Shown here piece after piece: positions 48,858-61,015 of a DNA stretch of 64,000 nucleotides. Where the stretch lies: the NCBI GenBank assembly GCA_021613535.1, contig CP075497.1:12834001-12898000 (forward strand), written 5' to 3'. Origin of the DNA: Adineta vaga. Taxonomy: Eukaryota > Animalia > Rotifera. The notes below the pieces were generated by a model. The model saw only the letters and a program-made list of their open reading frames with translations, did not search any database and was not told where the DNA came from. Within the stretch, counting starts at the first letter, position 1; each line of letters begins with the position of its first letter. The translations under genes were made by a program, and so were the position numbers.

Positions 48858-49190
48858 AAAACCTTTTCGGGTTCTGCAACATCTTCAGAACCAGAAAAAG
48901 TTCTGTATGACATATGAGAAACCAAGAAAGGTTCTCGGCAACAATTCTGAGCTAGAAAGGGTTTTGTCCGACAATTCTAAACTATGAAGAGTTCTGTTAG
49001 TTATCCCTTAAACTTCAGAACTTTAAAAAGTTCTGCGTACCAATCCGAAACCATGTAAGCTTATGAACAGGCTTGTAAGAAACCGAAATGGTTCTGCCTA
49101 TTAAATTCCGAACCCTAAACAGTTCTGTTTTATTTATTTCGAACCAAAAGGGTTCTGCCCAAAAATACTCAGTTTGAAAGGGTTCGGTCT
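48858..49190. repeat. ~30-bp-period array of degenerate GAACC-N5/6-GGTTCTG palindromes
   Basis: gttct-like cores near 48872, 48900, 48931, 48961, 48991, 49030, 49090, 49122, 49152 and 49181; a related cluster at 50955-51055. Confidence 0.7.
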
Positions 49191-52100
49191 GATAATATTG
49201 AATCAGAGATTTTTTCCTTCGACGTTACTAAATGTAAAGTTTCTTCTCTAAAATTCGCAACCTGATATAGCTGCCCCAGTGAATGTTAGAGTATCGTAAG
49301 TTTCCTCAACTGAAGAAGAGAGTCACACACTCAAAAAATGTATATACGTTCGTTTGTTCATGCAAGTCAACAACAATTTAACAACTTTCTTTTCCCTTTA
49401 GAGTCTTTTCATAACAAAAAACGGAAATGCTTTGGCCATTTCAAGTTGTCAATAACGATCTTAGGTATGAACTGAACAACTTAATTTTTTGCATCGACGA
49501 TGGTGGGAGTCCACTATCAGTATATGATTATTCCAAGCAATTTTTTAGTCATCCGAATCTGAGGGAGGTTTTTCTCTTATTACTTACATGTAACAAAATC
49601 ATGTTCATGCCAGCTACAAGTTAACAGAGAAAGACTCTAATATAGCTCAAACTAACTTATATGTTATGTCAACAATAGAGGGTAGGAGTTGATCAGCTCA
49701 AGTCCATGAATTTTGATGAAATGAACTAAAGAATTATTCAAAAGTTTATCATTTCACCGAGCACAATCTTTTGAAAATATTCTTTACAAATAAAATGATC
49801 TTTTTCAGCAGTTCATCTATTCGATTATGTAGCGATATCACGCAGTCATCAACTGATAGTATGTATGGGTATTTGTATATCCTTGAGCATAGAAGATATC
49901 TTTATATAATGAGACTAGCAGACAGGGACGGGCTGAGGATTTTATAATACTCGAAAACTTAACTTCAAAGCATGGGTCCTGCATGAAACTTATGAAAGAT
50001 GATAAGTGACCCAAATGGTGACTTTTTACTAAAAACATTTTGTGATTGAAGTTTGCGAAAAAAATTCTTTTAATTGCTACACCCAACTTTTGTTTTTGAT
50101 TTAAGCAGTACTCAGATTCTTAGAATGTTATCGGAATCTACATCGAATTTCATCCACAGATTTCAAGTCTTTCAGAAGCTATCAAGCGATATATTCAATA
50201 GGACTTGTTCAATCCCTCTTTCTATTCGGAGAGCTTTCGAAACTAAATATCAGTCCCTGATAGCAGCAGATATTGAGAAGTTCATAGCTTTTAGCGAGAA
50301 TGTTTATGTTATTATATTTAAAATGAAAAACTAAATATTGTGTTATCATTTAGGTTTGTATAGATATGTGGGTAAAAATGAGTTATTTTCAAAACAATAT
50401 GTTAAATATTTATTGTTATCATTTCGGTTCATAGCCATATCTGATTAAAGTTGAGTGATATTTTGAATTTTAGATTAAAAATTTTTTATTGTCACTTAGA
50501 TTCAGATCGAAGTCTAACGAAATGTGCGAGTTATATTTTATATAGAAAACTAAATATTTTCTTCTTTTATATTTAGATCGATCTATATTGCAGAGAAATG
50601 GTAAGTGGGATATTAGAAACAAAAGTAGAATGATTTTCTTTTTATATCTAGGTTGATTTGTACACGTATGCAAGTACTGCAAGTGCGTCTATTTATATTA
50701 CAAGGTCAAAAACAGACTGAGAAAGTGAATTAGGTTAGGGCTGAATTGAGCCAATCGGCAGCAAGCAAAAAGCGTGATTCGACTGTAGCTTAATTCACTT
50801 TTTCGGTCTATTTGAGAGCTTAACATAAACAGACGCACTTGCAACACTGGAATGTGTGTACAAATCAACCTAGATATAAAGAGAAAATAATTTTCTGAAA
50901 AACCATTTAACACATCTTTTATGTCAGACTGAACCTTATTTTTGTATAGAATAATGAAGAGTTCTGTTAGGTTTTAACAGAACCCTCTATGAGCCAGAAG
51001 CTTTTTGTGGGTTCTGAATTTTACCAGCGGGCCGAATCCCCAAAAAGGTTCTGAAAAACTCCTTTTTTATTTTCAGAGTTGGCTTTCATGCATCTAATAT
51101 CTGATGCGATGAATAAAATTTCAATAGAAGGAAAATGATTGATAAAAAATTGTTCAAAAATATTAACTGCTTCGGATTTGAATTTAAAAGATGCATATGT
51201 CAAATTAATCAACATCATGTCATATAAATTTGGTTGTGTAGGACCATACTGACGTAATAAATTTGCTGATAAATAACGAAATTATGGAACACACGATAAT
51301 AAACAAATCAATTGATTACAATATATTGAATTATCAACGAGTTAATATTCCATTGAGCTATATGAGAAATTCATAATGTATTGTGTATATTTCGGAAAGT
51401 ATAGAGACAATTGATCTCAGATTGTGTCGAAGGAAAATAATATGAAAGTGTTCCACAATAGATTTTTAATGTTGAGAGAATCTGAAATAAAACATAGTTT
51501 CTCGTAATATTAACGTAAGATACGATCAAATGAGAATTAAATAGGTTTCGAAAAAACAGTCGAGTATTCCAGAAGGTCTTCTATTGTAAACATAGATTTA
51601 CATAAATGAATAGACAACATTATTCTATAGAAGAATAAAATAATAGGGATCTATCGAAAGACGATAATGAGAAGGATATATCACATGATGCTTTAAACAA
51701 ATATTACCTTCAAAGACAATGATCAAAAAAGATTAGAACACTTATGATAATTGAATGAAAATAGAGTTGCTCTGATAAATTACTGCTTGTCTATAAATAA
51801 GAAACAAAATGAGTAGAAATATAGATGAGATTTACGAAATGTTCATTTTTTATTTTGTTCTCATTTCGTAAGCCTAAATATGGAAGTTTTTATCTCTTTT
51901 GCCATGAAAGTAGAAAAGAAAAACTTCTTCTACACAAGACATCAAGATTATTATTTGTTTTCATTAGAATTTAAAACATTGAAAAAAGAACGAACAATCA
52001 TATACTCTATAATTTTGGTCAAAATGTATATGTTTTCTGATGGAAGAGAAAGTTTTTATCTGGAAACATCAAGTATTAAAAAATAAAGAAAAAGAAAAAG

Positions 52101-53818
52101 AGTTTATTGAATTTTTTCTATGGATTCAATAATTATTTACCTAATTATGACAATGGATAATATCCGTTTACAATCGATTATTTTAAAATTTACAAGCTTG
52201 TCTTTGAATGACGTTTAATAATGTCTTCATTTTTATCTTGGTTATGATGCAACACTCGTTTGAATTCTCATTGTTTGGATGCTGTGAAATTGTTCAAAGG
52301 TTATAGGTAACTATTAATATATGAATTCGATATTTTTTACAAATATATTTAGAGCATTGCAATCAAAATTGATTAAATCAAACCAATCAAAGTTTATCAT
52401 TAATTTTGTTATCTCTTTCCGACTAATGTTAGATATTATTTGTTAATTCATGTCAGATATAATCCTATCTTTGTTAAAATACCGATATTATATGAAAGAA
52501 AATTTCCATTTAGTGTAAATATGACAATTATATACTTCATCAATATATTCATAGTCAAAAAGTCAGTGATCAATATGTCATTGGTTCAATGAAACAAATG
52601 TCATGATACATGCGTCGATGGTATATTTTAGAAGAATGTTCATCACAATCGATGAATTCAGAAAGGCAGTTCACATTGATTTCTCAAATAAACAAAATCG
52701 CCATATTAGATAAAAAAACTATTTTGGATGTACATTCAACAACTAAATGTTCATTATCATGTGTAATTATTTGAATGCATAGCATGAAAAACTTCGATAG
52801 ATCTAGTATAGTCGGTTTCATCGACACCGATGATGAATATATTCAAAAAGAAATATGTGTAAACTCAAGACAGAACGACTTTACCACTCGCGAATTAATC
52901 ATACTCTTGTAATTCTCAGAATGATAATGAATAGGAAGGGACTATAAGAACGGGTCACTATGTAAACATGAAACACTCTTTGTGTTTACAAATGCATTTC
53001 GCCGTCTTTCATTGACACTCAAGTATATCGGAAGCTGCATCCAGATGCGATTTATATCCTTAATTGTGTCTCTACACATTAGTTAGTTGAGACTGGGATA
53101 CACTCTTTTCTCTAAAACTTTCTTTTTATCTTCAAAGATGTACGAATACAAAACATCTTTCAATCATTAGACATCAAACGTCAAATCAAAGAAGCAACTA
53201 AATAAAGTTGTCAAACTCGTCATACACTTTATCTTGACGTCACCCGCAACTCTCTAACGTTACAAATATAATAACGATTTGTGAGGCACTCAGACTTTAA
53301 ACTAAACTCTCTATTATGAGAAATATTCAAAATAAAGTTCGGAAGAATATTTTGCTACGGTTTCATGCACAACAGAATGTTTAAGAAATGATTTCCCACT
53401 CGTTCCTAATAGATCAGCGATGGGAATAAGTGCAGTGGACCCATTAAAAGGCACATAAGACGCATCAACGGTCGTCCTTCTTCTTCGTAACCTTTCCACT
53501 ATTGAAACATTTTCAGACGACATTATATTAAGAGTAGACAGTTTCACAAAATATCATATGATACCCATCAAACTTCAACTAATAAATTATAGTGCATTTC
53601 TAACACGGGATCTCGCTATCTCGGACATACGCAAATCAACAACTTACATGATAAATACATCTCTTACGGTCGCAAATCAAGAGTTTAAAACAAAACACGT
53701 TATTGTACGATAAATATGACTTCGAAGCACACTGTGTATTTATTTGTCACCACATCGGTTTCCTCTGAAAAAATTCTCCAGAAAAGAGCACTAAAACACA
53801 ATGTCCCGCGAGTCCAAA

Positions 53819-56010
53819 CTACAACGTCAACCTATCTCCAAAAGCATTTCGGAGATACTTTCTTTGCTGCTCGCCGATTAGATTGCCCCGGAGATTTAGT
53901 GCGGTGAGTGTCTATAGAGAAGAGAGAGTATGGATGTGTCAATTAGGACAAGAGCGAATGAGTATTACCGTGTTTATTCGCAAGGCGTCACCAGTATGTT
54001 GTGCTCCTTGATCACCGATTTGATTGTATCGGAGATTTAGTGTGGTGAGTGTCTATAGAGAAGAGAGAGTATGGATGTGTCAATTAGGACAAGAGCGAAT
54101 GAATATTACTGTGTTTATTCGCAAGGCATCACCAATATGTTGTGCTCCTTGATGGCCGATTTGATTGCGTCCGATATCTAGCGTGGTGAGTGTCTATAGA
54201 GGAGAGAGAGCATGGATGTGTCAATTATAGGACAAGAGCGAATGAATATTACTGTGTTTATTCCCAAGGCATCACCAATATGTTGTGCTCCTTGATCACC
54301 GATTTCATTGTATCGGAGATCTAGTGCGGTGAGTGTCTATAGACGAGAGAGAGCATAGATGTGTCAATTAGGACAAGAGCGAATGAATATTACCGTGTTT
54401 GTTCGCAAGGCATCACCAATATGTTGTGCTCCTTGTTCCCCGATTTGATTGTACCGGAGGTTTAGTGTGGTGAGTGTCTATAGACGAGAGAGATAGCATA
54501 AATGTATCAATTAGGTGAAGAGCGAATGAATATTACCGTGTTTGTTCGCAAGGCATCACCAATATGTTGTGCTCCTTGATCACCGATTTGATCGAATCGG
54601 AGATTTAGTGTGGTGAGTGTCTATAGAGGAGAGAGAGCATGGATGTGTCAATTAGGACAAGAGCGAATGAGTATGACTGTGTTTATTCCCAAGGCATCAC
54701 CAATATGTTGTGCTCCTTGATCACCGATCTCATTGTATCGGAGATCTAGTGCGGTGAGTGTCTATAGACGAGAGAGAGCATATATGTGTCAATTAGGACA
54801 AGAGCGAATGAATATTACTGTGTTTGTTCGCAAGGCATCACCAATATGTTGTGCTCCTTGATGGCCGATTTGATTGCCCCGGAGATTTAGTGTGGTGAGT
54901 GTCTATAGAGGAGAGAGAGTATGGATTTGTCAATTAGGACAAGAGCGAATGAGTATTACTGTGTTTGTTCGCAAGGCATCACCAATATGTTGTGCTCCTT
55001 GATCACCGATTTGATTGCGTCCGATATCTAGCGTGGTGAGTGTCTATAGACGAGAGAGAGCATAGATGTGTCAATTAGGACAAGAGCGAATGAATATTAC
55101 TGTGTTTATTCCCAAGGCATCACCAATATGTTGTGCTCCTTGATCGCCGATTTGATTGCGTCCGAGATTTAGTGTGGTGAGTGTCTATGTATAGAATATT
55201 TCTGTCGAGAATGTGGGTAAAGCAATCGGAACTTTAGAGTTATGTTTTTGAATTAGATATAGTATTATACAAGAGGTGTGACGGTAGTGTGGGAAAGTGT
55301 TCGATCTGGGTTCATGGAATGAAAAGAGAAATCGGTGCTTGTCTGATTATTACTGAGTTAATGTTCGAATCGTCGTATGAGTATAGTGAGTATTGTACTG
55401 AAGGTAGTGATACTTGTTTATTTCGAATGGTTTTGGATTGTTATTTTTAGATTTGATTTGCGGAAGATCGTATTGAGTCGGGGCAGAATATGAAACAGTT
55501 CACTTTATTTTATTCGGTTGGTTTCGAAGATAGTTGTTGCATTGTTTAAGAGTTGCAATAGGGACATTTGTTTGAAAAGTGAAAGATGTTTCAATGCTGC
55601 GGTTTTATTCTTGTGCGGCACATGAGTGCGCGTTGAATATGATATATATTATATGTGCATAGATAGAAAAGAACAGGTGAGAGGAAGTGTTGTTTTAATA
55701 GCATGAGTCAATATTGTGTTTGGTTGACTCGTGTGAATTGCTTCGGAATTGTGAAATTTGTTTTTTCTTTGAGTAAACTGATTAAGTTAGATATTGCGAG
55801 GCTCGTGTGTGCTTGAACAGATGAGAAAATAGGTAAAGCACTTTGCAAACTTACTTGATATGGATGATAAATGTTCAGAATGTGATTAAAACGTTGGCAA
55901 ACATTTTGCATTGAGCAAAATAGTGTAAAACCAGACAGATGATCCAAAATTCGATAGACCAGTTCAATCGGTAATGTTGAAAATGTGTGCATATTCGCTT
56001 TAAATTCCAT
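53819..56010 (-). CDS. 11-exon F-box + RI-type (NLRC3-like) LRR protein, ~334 aa
   Basis: Exon 1 56010-55855 (F-box LPIELVYRILDHL..VCQRFNHI). Nine 84-nt phase-0 exons start at 55184, 55043, 54902, 54761, 54620, 54477, 54336, 54193 and 54052. Last exon 53911-53819 ends in TAG. All introns GT-AG, no stops. Confidence 0.93.
53890..55188 (-). repeat. 141-143 bp tandem array = 84-nt LRR exon + 57-59-nt intron
   Basis: gagtgtctat (acceptor junction) recurs ten times at ~141-bp spacing; the introns are nearly identical. Confidence 0.97.
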
Positions 56011-58765
56011 AAAATTTTGTTGAGAATACAAGCTATTGAATATATTCTGTTTGTTATGAAAAGAAATTCGCTTTACTGATAGTATTGTATTATTGTTATT
56101 TGAAAAAGATAATGAAATCTGATGATTTCAACAAAAGCGAATAGCTCGTTTATGCAGAAAGATGGCGTTAACGTATGTATTGAGTGGAGTTTCGTTTGAC
56201 GTGTATGATTATCAGTGTCAGTATACACTCAAGATACGTATTTTTCATCAGTAATTTTTTGAGTTTTACAAAGGAGTTCGTTTTACGAAAGGATATTTTT
56301 GCATGTGATATTCAACAAAAGTTCAATCAGAAAAGGAAATCTTTGAGGGTAGATACCGATACTCTCTACTTTTCACGCTCACGCTTCATACCCTCATAAA
56401 CTAATTTCATTCTATTAGTTCGACGTAAGGCAATTTTTATTTCAAATACGCCTATCCTTAAAGATCTTAACAAGAAAATTAATTGAATTAAAGAAAACAA
56501 AGCCGGTTCATCTTATCGTGATGTGTGAGATAAATTTTTTGTATGAACAATTGCTGGTGTATCAAATATTCTCAAAAGCAAAAGAGAACACATGAAATTA
56601 TAAACTAAGTTCGAGTCTGACTCTCACCGAGTTAACTGACACTGTTGCATGCCTATGCCATCGTATCTCTAAGATGTTCTTATATGATTTGCTTATTCCC
56701 CTACGTTTTTCATTAATTCCAATAGTGTTCAAACTAGACAAATTTAACTGTACTTTATTTTTCTCAAACCTGCTACGGGTTCGATTCTACCTATGTGTTC
56801 ATTTATTGAATTATCATCTCTAGAATGATCAATAGTTTCTATGTAAGTATTGCTAAACTTTTAATGATTTTATGAATAAATAACGACCGACTGATTGTAA
56901 TCTCATATTATATCTATCGAAAGCGCGTACTTACCTCGTACTGAAGGGTAGAGCAATATTTTGATCTTGTGCAGCCTTTAACTTTTAACCCTTGATCCTT
57001 CACATTGATCCCACCTATCTATCATCCTGCCCTTAATCTACTCTCGGTTTCCGATGTTTAAGACAGTCTTAAAAAAAATGGTTTTTCGATCTTTGACACT
57101 GACACAAAAGCGCACAGAAACTTTTTTTCCATATAACGCTCCTTTCTGTGGAAGGAATAAGGTGTGGGTGTAAGTGTTCCTTGACAGAGTACGCACATAC
57201 ATACATCCACACAAGGGGAAAAGGCCGATCCGGGATCCTCATAGTTCCTGCGATCACACAGTTCATGAAGACCAATGATAATCCAAGAGTATCTTTCAGG
57301 ATTCACGAGCGTCAGCCTTTTTGAGATGCCAGGATTTATGGAGAGCCATGAGAGTCCGAACGTTTTATAGGATTTGGGTATCCAGGATCCGCTTTTTCCC
57401 CCTTGCAGACCCACACCCTCAACTTCAACTGAAAAAACATTTCTTCAATGAACCCAGTAGCTTTATTAAAGAATTCACAGTCAGAATTTTTTTGTTTTAT
57501 GCTTAATAACAGGTTATTTTCAGTTTCGCAATAATTATAATAATTGATTAGAATTATGAAAAGCTAACATCAGATTTGAAATCCTCGACTTCGATTACTT
57601 TTGGGTAAATCATATGAAGATGATTATTAGTAAATTTTCATGAATTTTTATATTGCTCCAATCTGACTGGATTAGACAAATAAGAAATAACAATCAATTA
57701 ATTATGATTCATAGAAAAATATTTTTGAGAAAGGAACCCAAGATTCGTATTCCTCGATCTCGATTACATATGACGAATCGTTGTCTGATGACCAGGGGTA
57801 AGTTTTCATCGATTTATACGCTGCTTTCACCTGATTGGCTTGGACAAACAAACAAACTTTAAGCATTTTAACGACCCTATTTAAGAAGCATATAACTCTT
57901 TCTTTCAGAAAAGGGAAAAACGGCTATAGTAATGTGAATTAAGATAAAATGTCAAAAAAGTTTTAAGTTGAAAGATGAAATATGCAGAATTAGAATAAAA
58001 GTGACAGTAAATACTTTTGCAGAGAAATAAATCAAATTACAATATTCTTTACATTATTTTATTTGACAAGTTGACAAAGAAAAATGCGAAGAAATTTAGA
58101 ACAGAAAATAAAAGGGAAATAAGTTTACTGGTATATTAAATTTTAATTTTCTTTAAATGAATTATTCATTAAGATCTAAGTGTATCTATTAAAGTTTATT
58201 TCATCTGAAAGAGATACCAGGCAGAATTTTAATCAAACGATTTATATTCGAATCTCGTACAATCTACCGAGATTAAAGATTCCCATTCGCAAGCGACCAC
58301 CGTATTCACTACTAATACTTTAAAGCTCACATTAAATTGGTGTTCCTCGATCCAAAATACCTTCTAGTCAAGCCTTATAAAAAAATGTTAACAAAAAAAA
58401 TATTCGTTTATATGAAAAATAATGACCTTAAACCGTCTATGACGTCGTATATAGATTTCATATTTATCGACGTTGATAATATTTAAAAATCAAATAAATA
58501 TTTTGTTAATTATCTCGGAGATGGCAGAAAGAAATCTGTGTTGTATCTGTTTATAAGTAACTTATGTACGTCATATAAAAAAAGTCATTCGTTCTTTTAG
58601 CTAAGTAAAATAGAGAAGTTTAATCTTATAAAATATTGTGACGGAGGAGAAAAGAAAAGAGATTGAGAAATAATTTACTATGAACATAGAACTTTCTCTT
58701 CGGATAATAAATTATTATATAAACAAGTTCTTTTTACGTTCAATTATAAAAAATATTAAATTATT

Positions 58766-59758
58766 ATGTCTTCTCTCTCATCCATACAACAAAATATTCT
58801 CCGTTATGTATTTCCTATATCTTTAACATTAGGTAACATCGGAAATATCTTTATAATAATAATCTTTAGTCAAAAACATCATCGAAAAAATTCTTGTTCA
58901 TTATATTTATTAGTTGCTGCGATCTTTAGTATTATTGGAATTAGTTGGGGAATTGGTTCAAATATGTATTCTGCTTATTATCCACCTGATCCATTTACTC
59001 AATCACTTTTTCTTTGTCGTTTTCGAGCTTTTATTTTACAATCTTCAATCCTTATATATAAAATCATGATTTTATTAGCATGTATTGATCGTTTTGCATT
59101 AAGTTCAGCCAATGTGAGAATACGTTCTTTTAGTACACAAAAAGTAGCAATTAAAGTAATTGTTGGAAGTATTCTATTTGGTTTGTCAATATCGATACAT
59201 TTACCACTTAATCAAGACATTCAAAATAATCGATGTTTTGTAATTGGTACATATGGATTATTTTTTAGTATTTATCAAATCTGTATTTATGGTTTAATTT
59301 TGCCAATTGCACAGATCATTTTCGCTCTTCTTATTGCGAAAAATTTAAAAAGAGTTCGTGTTCGTGTACGACCTCAATTACGAGATGAGAATGAATCAGG
59401 AAATGTTCTCTCAACACGTGATGTTACTTTAATCAAACTTGTTTTAGCTGAAATTATCGTTGGTATGATTCTTACGACTTTCTATCCGATCAATAGACTT
59501 TATGCTGTTTTGGCAAGTGATGTACCAAATAGAAGTGCAGATCGTATTGCAATTGAATCATTCTTGGTTTTCATTTGTCTTAATTTTTTATTATATTTAA
59601 ATTATTGTGTTACTTTTTATCTTTATACAGTTATATCGAAAGCTTTTCGTAAAGAAACCAAACGATTTATTCTTGAAATTATCAGACAATCAGACCGAGA
59701 ACATACAAATAGTGTCCCTACCATTCTTGCTCAGCGACGAACAATGAATCCAACTTAA
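58766..59758 (+). CDS. orphan rhodopsin-like GPCR, tandem paralog A
   Basis: 330 aa; GNIGN, RKNSC, CRFR, ACIDRF, SKAFR. Confidence 0.92.
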   Translation: MSSLSSIQQNILRYVFPISLTLGNIGNIFIIIIFSQKHHRKNSCSLYLLVAAIFSIIGISWGIGSNMYSAYYPPDPFTQSLFLCRFRAFILQSSILIYKIMILLACIDRFALSSANVRIRSFSTQKVAIKVIVGSILFGLSISIHLPLNQDIQNNRCFVIGTYGLFFSIYQICIYGLILPIAQIIFALLIAKNLKRVRVRVRPQLRDENESGNVLSTRDVTLIKLVLAEIIVGMILTTFYPINRLYAVLASDVPNRSADRIAIESFLVFICLNFLLYLNYCVTFYLYTVISKAFRKETKRFILEIIRQSDREHTNSVPTILAQRRTMNPT

Positions 59759-61015
59759 TTATTAACATTTCTATTATATTCAATAAGAGTTTTTACTTTG
59801 TTTAATCAATAGAAATTTCTTAACAAAATAAATAATTATATGAGAGTGTGAATGAGGATAGAATATTTATATATATATTCATCTTATTCTCAAGATGATT
59901 AATAGTCTACATAATTTATGAAGCTAACCGCTGAAATTGACGATACAAACTTAAAGAAGGATGGAAAGCGACGAATAATAGATTTGCCGTCAGTTAAAAT
60001 ATGTGCGGAGAATAACGAAAGAAATAGATTGAATACATATAAAGGTTGAAATTATATTTGATATCTGACGATAGAAGGTAAAACACAAAAAACTATTAAA
60101 TTACTTCTAAACAAAGGAAATAAAATGGATTTTTATCATAATATTCACAACGACATTAATCAATTCAGTTCAACTACAATCTTTGATTTAATCAGCATCT
60201 TCGATACAAAATATCGATGTGTAGAATAAATCAACTGTTAATATTAGTTGAAAATATAGTCATTTTGAAACAGAACCATCTATTGTAAGATTATCTATAA
60301 TCTTATAGAAATTGAACAGCGCAAATGTATATTATTACACTACTCATATGAATGGAAAAGATCGTTTGAATTACACATCATTAATATTAATTGACGATTC
60401 TTTTTTTAAAAACTAATTCATATTATCCTGTTGTTCTTGAATACAATACAATATATAATTATGAAATTAATCAAGAAGAGAAACTTTGGGGACGTATAGT
60501 CAATACAAATTATTCAAAATGACAAAAACATCAATATCTAATGAACAAGAATCTATTATCAGAAACAAATGATCGTTTAATTACAAGATTTAAACGACAA
60601 TCTATTTCAAATGTTAATTTCAGTCAAACAACTAAATATACAGAAATTATTAAAACTAAATAATTTATTAGATTTTGTAACAGACTATATGTTAATCTAT
60701 TTCTTAGAGAAATCTGTTTATGTCATAAGCGGAATTCAATTTATCTTTAAATTAACTAATCAATAACAGATGGCATACAAAAAGTGCATTGCAAGAAGTA
60801 TAATTATACAAAAGAAAATGTGATTTCCCAGATAGATATAACCTCTAAACATACACATATTCCACAGTATTTTTTTAAATTTTGTCTATTTGGATTGTGT
60901 CCTTCGCTCGTTTACATCTTTATAGTTACGGATGATCTTTTAGAAAGAGAATAAGAAATAAACACCACCTTCAAGATGTATTTCTCTTCTTTTTTTAGTA
61001 AAGTAATTATTTATT

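Noticed and set aside
48858-49190. CRISPR-like palindromic repeat/spacer array
   Set aside because: Repeats are too short and degenerate, spacers are only ~13 nt, and the context is eukaryotic.
53890-55188. CRISPR array or non-coding satellite
   Set aside because: No unique spacers and no cas genes; the units translate as intact spliced LRR exons.
55708-56031. Stand-alone small F-box protein
   Set aside because: It is exon 1 of the F-box/LRR gene plus intron read-through (donor CAA|GTAAGT at 55854).
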